Origin: Thermodesulfobacteriota bacterium
Lineage (GTDB): Bacteria; Desulfobacterota; Binatia; Bin18
Direction: 5' to 3'
Assembly (NCBI GenBank): GCA_964291405.2
Contig: OZ219926.1
Location: 2,016,001 to 2,080,000, forward strand
Length of the DNA stretch: 64,000 nt
Part shown: positions 47,786 to 57,689 of the stretch, piece by piece
How the letters are laid out: every line of letters starts with the position of its first letter
How positions within the stretch are numbered: the stretch's first letter is position 1
Notes under the pieces: model-generated
What the model was told of the DNA's origin: nothing
What the model saw: only the letters and a program-made list of their open reading frames with translations
The model's database searches: none
Translations under genes and position numbers: made by a program

Positions 47786-49588
47786 ATGGATAAACCGTCG
47801 GGCATCATGGAAAAGCCCCTGATTGACCCCCTGAGCTGGCTCTCTCCATCTGCCAAGCCGCAGGCGTATTACGATGCCATAAAGCAGAAGTTCGCCGAGG
47901 AGCGAAACCTCCGGCTGGACTACCGACCGGAAGGCACGACGCAGTATACCTCTGACCTGACCGGCGTACTGGCGAAATACGAAGAGGACCCCTACGGAGG
48001 CCCGGTCATCCCGCGTGATCCCCTCGACGATCAGGTGGAATGCCTGTTTATCGGTGGCGGCTTTTCCGCCCTGCTCACCTCTGCCCGGCTGCGCAAATGT
48101 GGGGTGGAGAGCATCCGTATTGTGGAACGGGGGGCCGATGTGGGCGGCACCTGGTACTGGAACCGCTATCCAGGCGTGGCGTGTGACGTGCCGTCGTATG
48201 ACTATCTGCCGCTGCTCGACGAGATGGACTACGTGCCCAAAGATCGCTTTGCCAAGGGGCCCGAGATTTACGCCCACTGCCAGGCAATCGCCAAGAAATA
48301 CGATCTGTACCAGTCAGCGGTTTTCCAGACGACGGTGACGTCTACCATATGGGACGAAGCGGAAGAGCTGTGGCATATCCGAACCGACCGGGGCGACCAT
48401 ATGCGGGCGCAGTTCGTGATCTGTGCCAATGGCACCCTGTCCAAGCCCAAGCTGACCAGGATCGCCGGCATGGAGTCCTTTCAGGGTCACTCCTTTCACA
48501 CCTCGCGCTGGGACTATGACTATACCGGGGAAGACCTGTCGGGTCTGGCGGGCAAAGTCGTCGGGATTATCGGTACTGGGGCGACCGCGGTCCAGGCGGT
48601 TCCCGGCTTGGGGGAAGCAGCCAAGGAATTATATGTATTCCAGCGTACGCCGTCTTCGATTGACATCCGCGACGATCATCCGACCGACCCCAACTGGGCC
48701 CGGAAGCTGCAACCCGGTTGGCAGACCGAGCGACGGAACATGATGCGCAAAATCATGGACCCCCAGTTGACCGAGGAGCAGAAGGCCCAGCGTGCCGCGC
48801 TTCCCCGCGAGGAGATCATCCGCCGCCAGGAGAACGCCAATATCGACTACATGCTGCGTATCCACCAGCGCATCGACGAGATTGTGCAGGATCGGGCAAC
48901 CGCCGAGGCGCTCAAGCCGTGGTATATGTTCATGTGTAAGCGCCCGTGCTTCCACAACGACTATTTGCCGACCTTCAACCGGCCCAACGTCCATCTCGTC
49001 GATACCCACGGCAAGGGCGTCACCGAGATTACTGCAAAGGGACCGGTGTTTGAGGGGAAACAGTACGCGCTTGACCTGCTCATCTATGCAACCGGCTTTG
49101 AGGTCCAAAAAACCGGGATTTACAACCAGATCAAGGGAGTCGGCGGGCGTGAGCTAACTGAGAAATACAGCACTGGCATCCGTACCCTGTTTGGTCTCCA
49201 TACCCAGGGCTACCCGAATCTGTTCATCATGGGTGGCTATCAGTCTTCGTTCCAGTTCAATCTGACGGATATTCTCAACACCGAGGGCGATCATATCTCG
49301 GCCTGTATCGACTATGTCCGCCGCAATGGCTATCGGTCGATAGACCCGACTCCCGAGGCAGAGGAGTGGTGGGTACAGGAAGTCATCAAGCACCGGGGAA
49401 AGACCAGCCGGAACCGGGACTGTACGCCCGGCTACTACAACTTCGAGGGTGAGTTCAACCGCCGCCAGGACGGGAACTACAACGGCGGGTTCCACCGCTA
49501 TGTGCACTTCATGCAGGAAGCCCGACAGAAGATGGATAAGCACTTCGTTTTCACCAAGATAGAGGTGACTGCCAGCCGGGCGCTTTAA
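47786..49588 (+). CDS. Baeyer-Villiger monooxygenase (type I)
   Basis: GGGFSA, GGTWYWNRYPG..CD, FQGHSFHTSRWD, GTGATAVQ, KRPCFHND, CTPGYYN. Confidence 0.95.
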   Translation: MDKPSGIMEKPLIDPLSWLSPSAKPQAYYDAIKQKFAEERNLRLDYRPEGTTQYTSDLTGVLAKYEEDPYGGPVIPRDPLDDQVECLFIGGGFSALLTSARLRKCGVESIRIVERGADVGGTWYWNRYPGVACDVPSYDYLPLLDEMDYVPKDRFAKGPEIYAHCQAIAKKYDLYQSAVFQTTVTSTIWDEAEELWHIRTDRGDHMRAQFVICANGTLSKPKLTRIAGMESFQGHSFHTSRWDYDYTGEDLSGLAGKVVGIIGTGATAVQAVPGLGEAAKELYVFQRTPSSIDIRDDHPTDPNWARKLQPGWQTERRNMMRKIMDPQLTEEQKAQRAALPREEIIRRQENANIDYMLRIHQRIDEIVQDRATAEALKPWYMFMCKRPCFHNDYLPTFNRPNVHLVDTHGKGVTEITAKGPVFEGKQYALDLLIYATGFEVQKTGIYNQIKGVGGRELTEKYSTGIRTLFGLHTQGYPNLFIMGGYQSSFQFNLTDILNTEGDHISACIDYVRRNGYRSIDPTPEAEEWWVQEVIKHRGKTSRNRDCTPGYYNFEGEFNRRQDGNYNGGFHRYVHFMQEARQKMDKHFVFTKIEVTASRAL

Positions 49589-50034
49589 TGGGTAACGAGC
49601 TCTTGGAGTTCCTCCGGGGTGGGCGTGGTCTCAAACTGCGGCAGAGTCGAAGACAACTCGTCCCACGGCTGGGCGCTCGCCGTCCAGATATCGGCGGCGA
49701 GTTCTAGCCCGTTGGGGTCATCCAGGCTGGCGGCACTGATGCCGCGGATCTCCGGAATCAGATCAGCTCGGGCCGAGACGGGAGACCCGCACTCGGCACA
49801 GAACCCCCGGTGGGTCTTAGACCCGCTCGTCCCCGTACAGACATACTCCTTCGGGGCACCCTTGGTGAACTGCACGGCCGCCTTGGAGAAAACCACATTC
49901 ACGGCAGCACCGCCTCCCGTGGAGCGTTGACAATCTCGACAGTGACACTTCCACGTAAACAGCGGCTCCGCCGTGCACGAATACCGTATCGCCCCACAGG
50001 CACATCCACCCGTCAACGGAACAGCAACAGCCAT
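49585..50034 (-). CDS. GFA/CENP-V family Zn-binding protein
   Basis: GGCACG, CHCRDCQR, FCAECGS. Confidence 0.92.
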   Translation of the reverse strand: MAVAVPLTGGCACGAIRYSCTAEPLFTWKCHCRDCQRSTGGGAAVNVVFSKAAVQFTKGAPKEYVCTGTSGSKTHRGFCAECGSPVSARADLIPEIRGISAASLDDPNGLELAADIWTASAQPWDELSSTLPQFETTPTPEELQELVTH

Positions 50035-50270
50035 AAGAATATATTCCCTTCTTGTTACAACCTTATCACTTCAACAGAAGCGACCAGGGTATGCATTCAG
50101 CCTGCTGAGCGCGACTATACCAGGCGAAACCTGCCGGCTCCAGGGTCGCCACACAGACTTGTCTTGCGTTTCAGCCGGCCTGAATTATACTCTGCGCAAG
50201 CTGGGGCGGTACGTGGAAATCGTGGGAATGGGTATCAGCCTCAAGCCAACGCGAAAAAAAGGGGAACACA

Positions 50271-51233
50271 ATGACCATGACTGATCGACTCGACCCGGAG
50301 CTGGCCGCGCCGCTCGAAACCTTTCTCCACCTGACCGGAGGCGGGCTCAACCTGCACGATATCCCGGCCACTCGGCGCACGATGGAGGAGATGGCCGAAG
50401 CGCAGATGGCCAAGGCGCCCCCCATCACGGGCATCACCACCGCAGACCGGCAGGTGCCCGGATCTGACGGAGAGGTGTTCGTTCGTATTTATCAGCCAAC
50501 CGAGCGGCCCGACACGCTGCCGGCACTCCTCTGGATTCACGGCGGTGGCTATGTGCTGGGCAGCGTTGAGCGGGATGACCTGCTGGCCGCGCATCTGGCC
50601 AAGGTCGCGCAGTGCGTGGTGGTATCGGTTGAGTACCGGCTCGCTCCCGAGCACCCCTTCCCGGCTCCGGTCGAGGATTGTTATGCCGCGCTCAAATGGC
50701 TGGCGGCCCATACTGAAGAACTCGGTGTTGAGCCCTCCCGGATTGCCATTGGCGGGGCGAGTGCCGGCGGGGGTCTGGCTGCCGGATTGGCGCTGTTGAC
50801 ACGCGACCGGGCCGAGGTCGAACTGGCCTTTCAACTGCTGATCTATCCCATGATTGACGATCGTAACGTCGCCCCCGCCAGCGACACGCTGCCCGATACC
50901 TTTGTGTGGACCCGGGAAAACAATCTCATGGGCTGGCGCGCCTACCTGGGACGAGAGCCCGGCGGAGCAGATGTGTCGCCGTACGCCGCGGCCGCTCGGG
51001 CCGACGACCTCGCGGGTTTACCGCCGGCCTATATTCCGGTGGGTGACCTCGACTTGTTCCTGGACGAGAACATCGAGTATGCACAGCGTCTGCTGACGGC
51101 TGGAGTGCCGACCGAACTGCACGTCTATCCGGGCGGCTATCACGGCTTTAACGGTTTTGACCCTGGTGCGGAGATTGCCCAGCGCTTCAATAATGAACGC
51201 GATGAGGCGTTGAGGCGGATACTCCACCGTTAA
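50271..51233 (+). CDS. HSL-family (GDXG) esterase/lipase
   Basis: HGGGY, YRLAPEHPFP, GASAGG, D and HGF triad. Confidence 0.93.
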   Translation: MTMTDRLDPELAAPLETFLHLTGGGLNLHDIPATRRTMEEMAEAQMAKAPPITGITTADRQVPGSDGEVFVRIYQPTERPDTLPALLWIHGGGYVLGSVERDDLLAAHLAKVAQCVVVSVEYRLAPEHPFPAPVEDCYAALKWLAAHTEELGVEPSRIAIGGASAGGGLAAGLALLTRDRAEVELAFQLLIYPMIDDRNVAPASDTLPDTFVWTRENNLMGWRAYLGREPGGADVSPYAAAARADDLAGLPPAYIPVGDLDLFLDENIEYAQRLLTAGVPTELHVYPGGYHGFNGFDPGAEIAQRFNNERDEALRRILHR

Positions 51234-52075
51234 TCGAACCAGTGGATGGGATTCCGTCGCTCGACTTGGCCCAGCATGATCGAAGCGGTCGTATAGCCCA
51301 GCAGGCATTGTAGCGGACGGCTCAACGAACGCACGGTCTCCAGCGGAATCGAGAGATAGGCGTTCTCCTGTTGGCGCAACCAGGCGCAGCAGTAGGACAA
51401 CGACAGGGCGCGGCGTTGCTGGTCGCTGGTATTGGCGCCACCTCCATGCCACATCCCACCGTCAAAGAGCAGCACCCATCCGGCCGGCATGACAATATTA
51501 ATCGGCGGTATCGCCGGGACCTGTTCCTCCGTGGCAGTGTGGCTGCCGGGCAGCAACTCGGTACCACCGTTGGCTACGGTGTAGGCATCGATTGCCCACA
51601 GGGTGCCAACCATGAGCGGTGGGCGCGGACGCGGCAGGGGGTAGACACTGTCGTCCCGATGCAGCCCCTGGGAGGTTTCGCCGGGAAGCAGGGTGATACC
51701 GGTCGCGGAGCTGAGCTGAATCTGGCTCTGCAAATAGCCTTCGATAATGGCGATAACCCTGGGATGGGTGCACAGGTCGTCCGCAGTGCGCATCTTCTTC
51801 ATGAAATTGTAAATGCGTTTGGTGCGAAAGCCCTCGAAGTCGGTTATCCCCAAGGGGGTGGTGGCATGAATCGTATCCATCGCCGCTCCGATTTCCGCCG
51901 CCTTGTTCGCGCTGAGCAACCCTTCAAGAATGAGATAGCCGTCACGTCTGAGCGCGTGAATGTCTGCCGCGACCGCCGCTCGCTCCTCCGGACTGGAGAG
52001 TCCCTTAAGCCGTTGGGTGTCGCGAGCATCGGCATCGAATGGATTCCCCGCCTTGCGGGCGCTCGACTCACTCAT
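51230..52075 (-). CDS. Phytanoyl-CoA dioxygenase (PhyH) family Fe/2OG enzyme
   Basis: QGLHRDD, NGGTELLPGSH, WHGGGAN, WLRQQEN. Confidence 0.92.
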   Translation of the reverse strand: MSESSARKAGNPFDADARDTQRLKGLSSPEERAAVAADIHALRRDGYLILEGLLSANKAAEIGAAMDTIHATTPLGITDFEGFRTKRIYNFMKKMRTADDLCTHPRVIAIIEGYLQSQIQLSSATGITLLPGETSQGLHRDDSVYPLPRPRPPLMVGTLWAIDAYTVANGGTELLPGSHTATEEQVPAIPPINIVMPAGWVLLFDGGMWHGGGANTSDQQRRALSLSYCCAWLRQQENAYLSIPLETVRSLSRPLQCLLGYTTASIMLGQVERRNPIHWFD

Positions 52076-52308
52076 AGTTACGGCCCTTCCATCCTCAGGC
52101 GTGCTGGAGCACGCGGTCTCCGTAGGGGGGCTATAGTGAATACCAGAGCCTGTCAAGTTCTGAGGAAAGGGCATTTTTTGAGTTATGGTGCAAGGAAAAT
52201 TCTGAGACCCCTATCGAACCCCGTCTGAATATGATTTGTAATGCATTTACCCGGCTGGACGACTGCTGGGTTGTTGCGTTTATTTTCTGGCCAGAGGAGG
52301 CAATTGTT

Positions 52309-52572
52309 GTGAGGCTATTTATTGGGAATCTCTCATGGGACGCCACCCCGGCCGATCTCGAAGCGTTATTCGGCGAAGTCGGGACGGTCACCTCAGCGAA
52401 TATTATTACCGATAGGGAAAGCGGGCGCTCTCGCGGGTTTGGCTTTGTTGAAATGGAAAACGACGAGGAAGCCCGGACGGCGATTGAGCGTCTGCATGAC
52501 TATGAATTTATGGGGCGACCCCTGACGGTTAACGAAGCCCGACCCAGGGAGCGTCGCGAGCGCCGGTGGTAG
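52309..52572 (+). CDS. RRM-domain RNA-binding protein
   Basis: RNP2 LFIGNL, RNP1 RGFGFVEM, VNEARPR; GAGGAGG RBS before GTG 52309. Confidence 0.95.
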   Translation: MRLFIGNLSWDATPADLEALFGEVGTVTSANIITDRESGRSRGFGFVEMENDEEARTAIERLHDYEFMGRPLTVNEARPRERRERRW

Positions 52573-52576
52573 AGGT

Positions 52577-52798
52577 ATGCCAGGAAGAGCAAAACCAACC
52601 AGTTTTCTCAAGCGCCAACGGGAACAGTACCGTCAGCAAAAGCAAAAAGAGAAGGCGGAACGCAGGCGCGAGGCCAAAGCCCGCAAAGCGGCCAATGTAC
52701 GCGCCGAGGGAGACGAGGATCCCGATATTGCCGGTATTCGACCCGGCCCGCAGCCTCTTCCCGAGCAGTGGAATGTGATCGAGGAAGAAGAGGAGTAA
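52577..52798 (+). CDS. Small basic/acidic hypothetical protein
   Basis: GAGG RBS 5 nt after the RRM stop; K/R-rich helix, then EDPDIAGIRPGPQP and a poly-E tail. Confidence 0.7.
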   Translation: MPGRAKPTSFLKRQREQYRQQKQKEKAERRREAKARKAANVRAEGDEDPDIAGIRPGPQPLPEQWNVIEEEEE

Positions 52799-52810
52799 GC
52801 CCGCCTGATT

Positions 52811-52839
52811 TCAGCGCCTCAGCAGCATCGAGGCGCTGA
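52811..52839 (+). terminator. Stem-loop, probable terminator of the RRM operon
   Basis: TCAGCGCCTC/GAGGCGCTGA 10-bp perfect stem 12 nt after the stop; U-tract not adjacent. Confidence 0.55.
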
Positions 52840-52968
52840 CCAGTCCGGGGGTTTTCTTCCTATCCGTGCCGTTTTTTCACACTGCTGCCAACTCGGTGCT
52901 GCTCCTTGTTGCCTGAGAGACAAGCGAGAACAGGCGGCTCCATTATCTATGGAGACACAGTCTAGTGC

Positions 52969-53691
52969 TTACAGGAAGGGCTCCAACGCGGCAGCCCGCG
53001 TTGGAATGGCGTTTCGCGCGTGGTCGAGGCGCTGTTGGCGTGCGGCCTGACGGACGAGATCGATTCCCTGGACGGCCGTGGGGTGCTGTTCGAGGAAGGT
53101 CCGGGCTTGTCGGTGCTGCTCAAGCCAGGCTTGACTGACATACCAGACTTCCTGTTCGCCGACGGCAATGCGGGTGTCCTGGCCTTCCCACACCAGCCAG
53201 GACAGGGCGTAGGACCAGTCAGTCACACTGGATTCCTTCCAGCTCGAATCCGGTAAGGAGCGGATATCGAGGCCGTCCCACTGGGTGGTGAGTCCCTGGG
53301 GTTTCCCGTATTTATTCACCACGGCCAAGCGCATGGGAGCGCGGTATTCCAGGTCATAGAGTTCGGTATCGTCGGTCTCAATCGCATGCTGGACCGCTTC
53401 GGGCACCAACTCGATACCAAGCGCATACAGGCCGAAATCGCGATCAATCCGAAAGGTCACAGTCCGCGTCTGCCAGGTGGCGTACAATACGATTTCAGGC
53501 CCCGAGCGGATGGTGGCCGCGGCTTTCAGGTCGCCACCTGCTATGCGTTCCAGGTCGGGTAATTGCTCTATTTGCGTCAGCGTTGACTGCCACTCCACAC
53601 CGAGCGGAAGGTGCGCTGTCGGTTGGGCGTGCGCAAACGAGAAGATACTCCCCAGCAGGAGAAATATCGCAGTGAACAAACGGAGCGGCAT
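52969..53691 (-). CDS. Secreted hypothetical protein
   Basis: Signal peptide MPLRLFTAIFLLLGSIFSFAHA; GGAG RBS; no family recognised. Confidence 0.65.
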   Translation of the reverse strand: MPLRLFTAIFLLLGSIFSFAHAQPTAHLPLGVEWQSTLTQIEQLPDLERIAGGDLKAAATIRSGPEIVLYATWQTRTVTFRIDRDFGLYALGIELVPEAVQHAIETDDTELYDLEYRAPMRLAVVNKYGKPQGLTTQWDGLDIRSLPDSSWKESSVTDWSYALSWLVWEGQDTRIAVGEQEVWYVSQAWLEQHRQARTFLEQHPTAVQGIDLVRQAARQQRLDHARNAIPTRAAALEPFL

Positions 53692-53728
53692 GAAAGAAGT
53701 CTCCATTCGTGGCAGGTTTCGCCCTTCA

Positions 53729-53756
53729 CTAACCCCCAACCCCTAACCCCTAACTA
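53729..53756. repeat. Tandem heptamer repeat, (CTAACCC) x4 degenerate
   Basis: CTAACCC CCAACCC CTAACCC CTAACTA directly after the ACAD stop. Confidence 0.75.
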
Positions 53757-54884
53757 TCAGTAGCCATCAAAGCGGGCGACCCGCTCCCGGTGATAGGCGG
53801 CCGCGCCAAAGGCGAACTCGTTCCACTTGGCCCGTTTGAACCAGAAGTGCATATCGTGCTCCCAGGTAAAACCAATCCCGCCGTGCATCTGCACGGCCTT
53901 GTTGGTCGTGCGTGTATAGATCTCGGATAGGCGGGCCTTGGCAATAGACGCCGCGCGAGACGCATCGCTGGCGCGGGTGTCAAACGCGTAGGCGGCATAC
54001 CAGACCAAGGACCGGGCCGGTTCGATCTCGCTCACCATTTCGGCAGCCATGTGTTTGAGAGCCTGGAAGGAGGCAATCGGCCGGTTAAACTGTTCACGGA
54101 CTTTGGTGTACTCGACCGCCATGTCGAGCGCCTGCTGGGCGCCTCCAAGACTGTCGGCGGAGAGGGCAACACAGGCCAGATCCTGAAGTCGGGCAAGCAG
54201 TTTCCAGCCTTTTCCTACCTTGCCAAGGAAGCCAGAGATCGGCACCTCCTTGAACCGGACCTCGTACACCCGGCGCGTCCGATCAAAAATATCCAGCGGC
54301 CGGATGGTCAGACCCGGGGCGTCCCGCTCGACCAGCACCAGACTAACGCCTTTTTCATCTTTTCCACTGGTGCGGACGGCCACTACCAGGATGTCGGCCA
54401 CAGCGGCAAAGGGGACGAACATCTTGGTACCGCTCAGCGTATAGCCGTTGCGTTTTTTCCTGGCCTTGAGGCGAATGCCGGCAGCGTCCAGGCGATCGCT
54501 GGATTCGAGAAAAGCCAGGGTGCCGACGGCGTCGCCCGAGGCAAGCCGGGGCAACCAGGCCTTTTTCTGAGCAGAGCTCCCGTCGCGCATCAGGGCGAAG
54601 GTGGCAATGGCTGAAGAAAACAGAAACGGACCCGGCACGACGGCTCTGCCAATCTCTTCGAGCAGCAGGGCCATATCAAGCAACCCAAGCCCGAGGCCGC
54701 CGAATTTTTCCGGAACAAGCAGACCGGTCCAACCCAGCTCTGCCATTTTCCGATGCAACTCAGGGGAAAATCCGTGCTCGTCGTCTAAGAGCGCTCGCAC
54801 GAACTGGGGGGAGCATTCCTGGGTCAGAAACTCCCGGGCTGAGTGCTGGAGAAGGTCTTGTTCTTCCGATAAGCCGAAGTCCAC
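53757..54884 (-). CDS. Acyl-CoA dehydrogenase (shorter partner subunit)
   Basis: MDFGLSEEQ, ELGWTGLLVPE, REQFNRPIASFQALKH, QMHGGIGFTWEHD. Confidence 0.93.
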   Translation of the reverse strand: MDFGLSEEQDLLQHSAREFLTQECSPQFVRALLDDEHGFSPELHRKMAELGWTGLLVPEKFGGLGLGLLDMALLLEEIGRAVVPGPFLFSSAIATFALMRDGSSAQKKAWLPRLASGDAVGTLAFLESSDRLDAAGIRLKARKKRNGYTLSGTKMFVPFAAVADILVVAVRTSGKDEKGVSLVLVERDAPGLTIRPLDIFDRTRRVYEVRFKEVPISGFLGKVGKGWKLLARLQDLACVALSADSLGGAQQALDMAVEYTKVREQFNRPIASFQALKHMAAEMVSEIEPARSLVWYAAYAFDTRASDASRAASIAKARLSEIYTRTTNKAVQMHGGIGFTWEHDMHFWFKRAKWNEFAFGAAAYHRERVARFDGY

Positions 54885-54905
54885 GATGATTCCCAGGAGT
54901 GTGCG

Positions 54906-56096
54906 TTAGCGCGACTTGGGCATGCCAAGCCCACGTTCGCTAATGATGTTTTTCTGAATCTGGGACGTTCCGCCCCCGATAATGAGCCCTAGCGTGAACA
55001 TAAATTCATACGGCCAGATGCCATTGTCGATCACGTGTGAGGCCCCCCGGTTGAGCGGGGCGTAGGAGCTCATGATCTCAAGGGCCAACGTGCAAATATC
55101 GTGGTTCAGTTCGGTTCCGACCAATTTATTCACCATAGCACCGATACCGGGCTTGCGGCCTTTGGTAGCGTCCGTGAGTTGCCGAAAGGAGTGATATTTC
55201 ATGGCTTCGACCCGCGTTGTCAGATCGGCCAACTGCTGGCGGATGCTCGGGTCTTCTGCCGCGGGCTGGCCATAGCGACTGTGGCTGCGGGCCAGGCGGA
55301 TAAGGTTTTGCATCATGAGCTGAGTACGGGTGGTCGAGCCCAGCATATTGCGTTCATGAAACAGGGTGGCATTGGCGACCAGCCAGCCCTGGTTAAGTTC
55401 GCCGACCAGATTCTCACGCGGGACGCGGACATTCTCGAGAAAGACCTCATTAAAGCCGGCGTCACCCGTCATTTGGACCAGGGGACGGACCGTGATCCCC
55501 GGCGTCTTCATATCGATCAAAATATAGGAGATACCGCGATGCTTGGGCGCATCCGGGTCGGTCCGCACCAGACAGAACATCCAGTCTGAGAATTGGGCCC
55601 CTGAGGTCCAGACCTTTTGGCCGTTGACAATGAATTCATCGCCCACGAGTTCGGCTCTGGTCCGCAGCGAGGCCAAGTCCGAGCCCGAACCGGGCTCGGA
55701 ATAGCCCTGGCACCAAATCTCTTCCGCGGTGAGGACCTTGGGCAAATAGCGCCGTTTCTGCTCTTCCGTACCAACTTGCAGCAGAGTGGGACCGAGCATG
55801 GTCAAACCGGACGCGCCGATCAGACCCGGCGCACGCGCCAGGACCAGTTCTTCATTCACAATGGTCTGGCGCATAATATCGGTGTCGCCCTGACCACCGT
55901 AGGCCTTGGGCCAGCCTAAGGCGACATAGCCGGCCTCATACAGCCGGCGCTGCCAGTCCTTGGCACGCTGGGTGCGCCGCGGGTCGTGCGGCGGCAAGTC
56001 GCTCAGAGTTTTGTCTTTTTTCGGCACGTTGGCCTTGAGCCAGGTTCGTACCGTTTTCCGAAACGCCTCGTCCTCTTTGGAATATGCCAGGTCCAC
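54906..56096 (-). CDS. Acyl-CoA dehydrogenase
   Basis: WCQGYSEPGSGSDLASL, NGQKVWTS, FNEVF, HER, IGGGTSQIQKNII. Confidence 0.95.
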   Translation of the reverse strand: MDLAYSKEDEAFRKTVRTWLKANVPKKDKTLSDLPPHDPRRTQRAKDWQRRLYEAGYVALGWPKAYGGQGDTDIMRQTIVNEELVLARAPGLIGASGLTMLGPTLLQVGTEEQKRRYLPKVLTAEEIWCQGYSEPGSGSDLASLRTRAELVGDEFIVNGQKVWTSGAQFSDWMFCLVRTDPDAPKHRGISYILIDMKTPGITVRPLVQMTGDAGFNEVFLENVRVPRENLVGELNQGWLVANATLFHERNMLGSTTRTQLMMQNLIRLARSHSRYGQPAAEDPSIRQQLADLTTRVEAMKYHSFRQLTDATKGRKPGIGAMVNKLVGTELNHDICTLALEIMSSYAPLNRGASHVIDNGIWPYEFMFTLGLIIGGGTSQIQKNIISERGLGMPKSR

Positions 56097-56116
56097 GCAG
56101 GCTCTCCCTTCAATGC

Positions 56117-57229
56117 CTAGAGATTATACAAGCGCTTGGCATTCTCGCCGATGATTTTTTGCTGGGCGTGGGTCGGGAGTTTTGCACAGGAGGCTTTCAC
56201 TTCATTGACCACACCGGGAAAGGTGCAGTCGAAGTGAGGATAGTCCGACCCCCAAATGACACACTCCTCAAGCCCCAGCTCGGCAATGCTGCTCAGCGTG
56301 CTCTCGTCCGGGTCCATGGAGATGAAGCACTGCTCGCGAAAATGTTCGCTCGGGCGCTTTGTGAGCCACGGGACATAATGGCCCATGGTGTCAAAATGGC
56401 TGTCCATACGGTCCAGCCAATAGCCGAGCCAGCCGACCCCGGACTCCAGAAACGCGACTTTGAGATCGGGAAACCGGGACAGCACACCGCCACAGATAAT
56501 GTCCATACAGGCCCCCTGCTGTTCCCAGGGGTGGCAGACCATATGAAAAAAGAACGGGTCCTTGTAGCGCTCTTGGCCCAGGGTTGGCATCTTGGTGCCA
56601 AAACTGCCATGAATGGCAACTGGAACATCGAGTTCCTGGGCTTCCTGCCAGAGGGGATGATAGGCCGGGTCGTTGAGCCGACGGCCGTTAAACGGATTGG
56701 GCCGAATAAAGACGCCGCGCATACCGAGCTCTTTGACAACGCGGCGCATTTCGGTAACGGCCGCCTCGACATCCTGGAGGGGCAGCGGAGCCACGCCGTA
56801 AAAACGCTGCGGGTAGGCTTTGCAGAAGTCGGCCAGCCAGTTGTTATAGGCTCGACAGGCCGCGGCCGCGACCTGAGGGTCGGTGATGTCGCCGTAGATG
56901 AGCCATAGCGTCGGATAGAAAAAGGCGACCTCAATACCCTCAAGGTCCATGTCTTTGATCCGTTCGTGCGGGTCGTAGCCGCCGGGGACAATCTCGTCCC
57001 AGGACATCGTGCGCGCCCGCTGGGCGTCCGACATGCCCCCGGGCGTGCAGGCCGCGGCAATCGCCATGTTGCGGTCGCGTCGCAGCTCGCCGTTAATTTT
57101 GAGACAGTCGATCCCTTCCGCATCCTTAGCAATCTGAATCACCTGTGTTCGGTAAGCCGGCTCGGTATATTCTTGCCAAACGCTCGGGGGCTCAAGCAGG
57201 TGGCCGTCTGCGTCAATGATAGTTGCCAT
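56117..57229 (-). CDS. Amidohydrolase_2 family protein
   Basis: IDADGH, FYPT, AYNNW, AIHG, FLESG, WGSDYPH. Confidence 0.93.
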   Translation of the reverse strand: MATIIDADGHLLEPPSVWQEYTEPAYRTQVIQIAKDAEGIDCLKINGELRRDRNMAIAAACTPGGMSDAQRARTMSWDEIVPGGYDPHERIKDMDLEGIEVAFFYPTLWLIYGDITDPQVAAAACRAYNNWLADFCKAYPQRFYGVAPLPLQDVEAAVTEMRRVVKELGMRGVFIRPNPFNGRRLNDPAYHPLWQEAQELDVPVAIHGSFGTKMPTLGQERYKDPFFFHMVCHPWEQQGACMDIICGGVLSRFPDLKVAFLESGVGWLGYWLDRMDSHFDTMGHYVPWLTKRPSEHFREQCFISMDPDESTLSSIAELGLEECVIWGSDYPHFDCTFPGVVNEVKASCAKLPTHAQQKIIGENAKRLYNL

Positions 57230-57257
57230 GACTCCCTCCTATGAGTAATGCGGCAGA

Positions 57258-57689
57258 CTATTGGGGCGGCTCCGGCGGCAGGACGCGCAAATGATTGCTG
57301 ATCCGCTCGTAAGTCCCCCCCTCTTCTACCAGCCCCTTTAAGGACACCACACAACACTCGTCCTTGTCGCTCAATTCCTGCCAATCAACGGATTGGGGGG
57401 GAATGCCGATCTTCACGATGACGGTATCGACCGACAGGATAAACTCTTCCAGGGCAGCAAAGATTTTTACCTGCGGCTCCAGCGGAGAAACAACGATCTC
57501 CTTGTAGGGCAGAGGCAGGCGTTCCTCAGGGACGAGCTCATAGTCCAGGGTCACGCGCAGGACATCTTCAGCCGGACGGGTAAGTTCCGCATTCGAAATT
57601 TCAATGAGGGGTTTATATACCTCGGGCTCGGAGCAACCGCCTACGAGGACAACAAACGGCAAGAGATGGAGCATGAAAAATCTATGCAT
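57258..57689 (-). CDS. Putative lipoprotein
   Basis: Hydrophobic leader ending LVGG-C; no family recognised. Confidence 0.6.
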   Translation of the reverse strand: MHRFFMLHLLPFVVLVGGCSEPEVYKPLIEISNAELTRPAEDVLRVTLDYELVPEERLPLPYKEIVVSPLEPQVKIFAALEEFILSVDTVIVKIGIPPQSVDWQELSDKDECCVVSLKGLVEEGGTYERISNHLRVLPPEPPQ

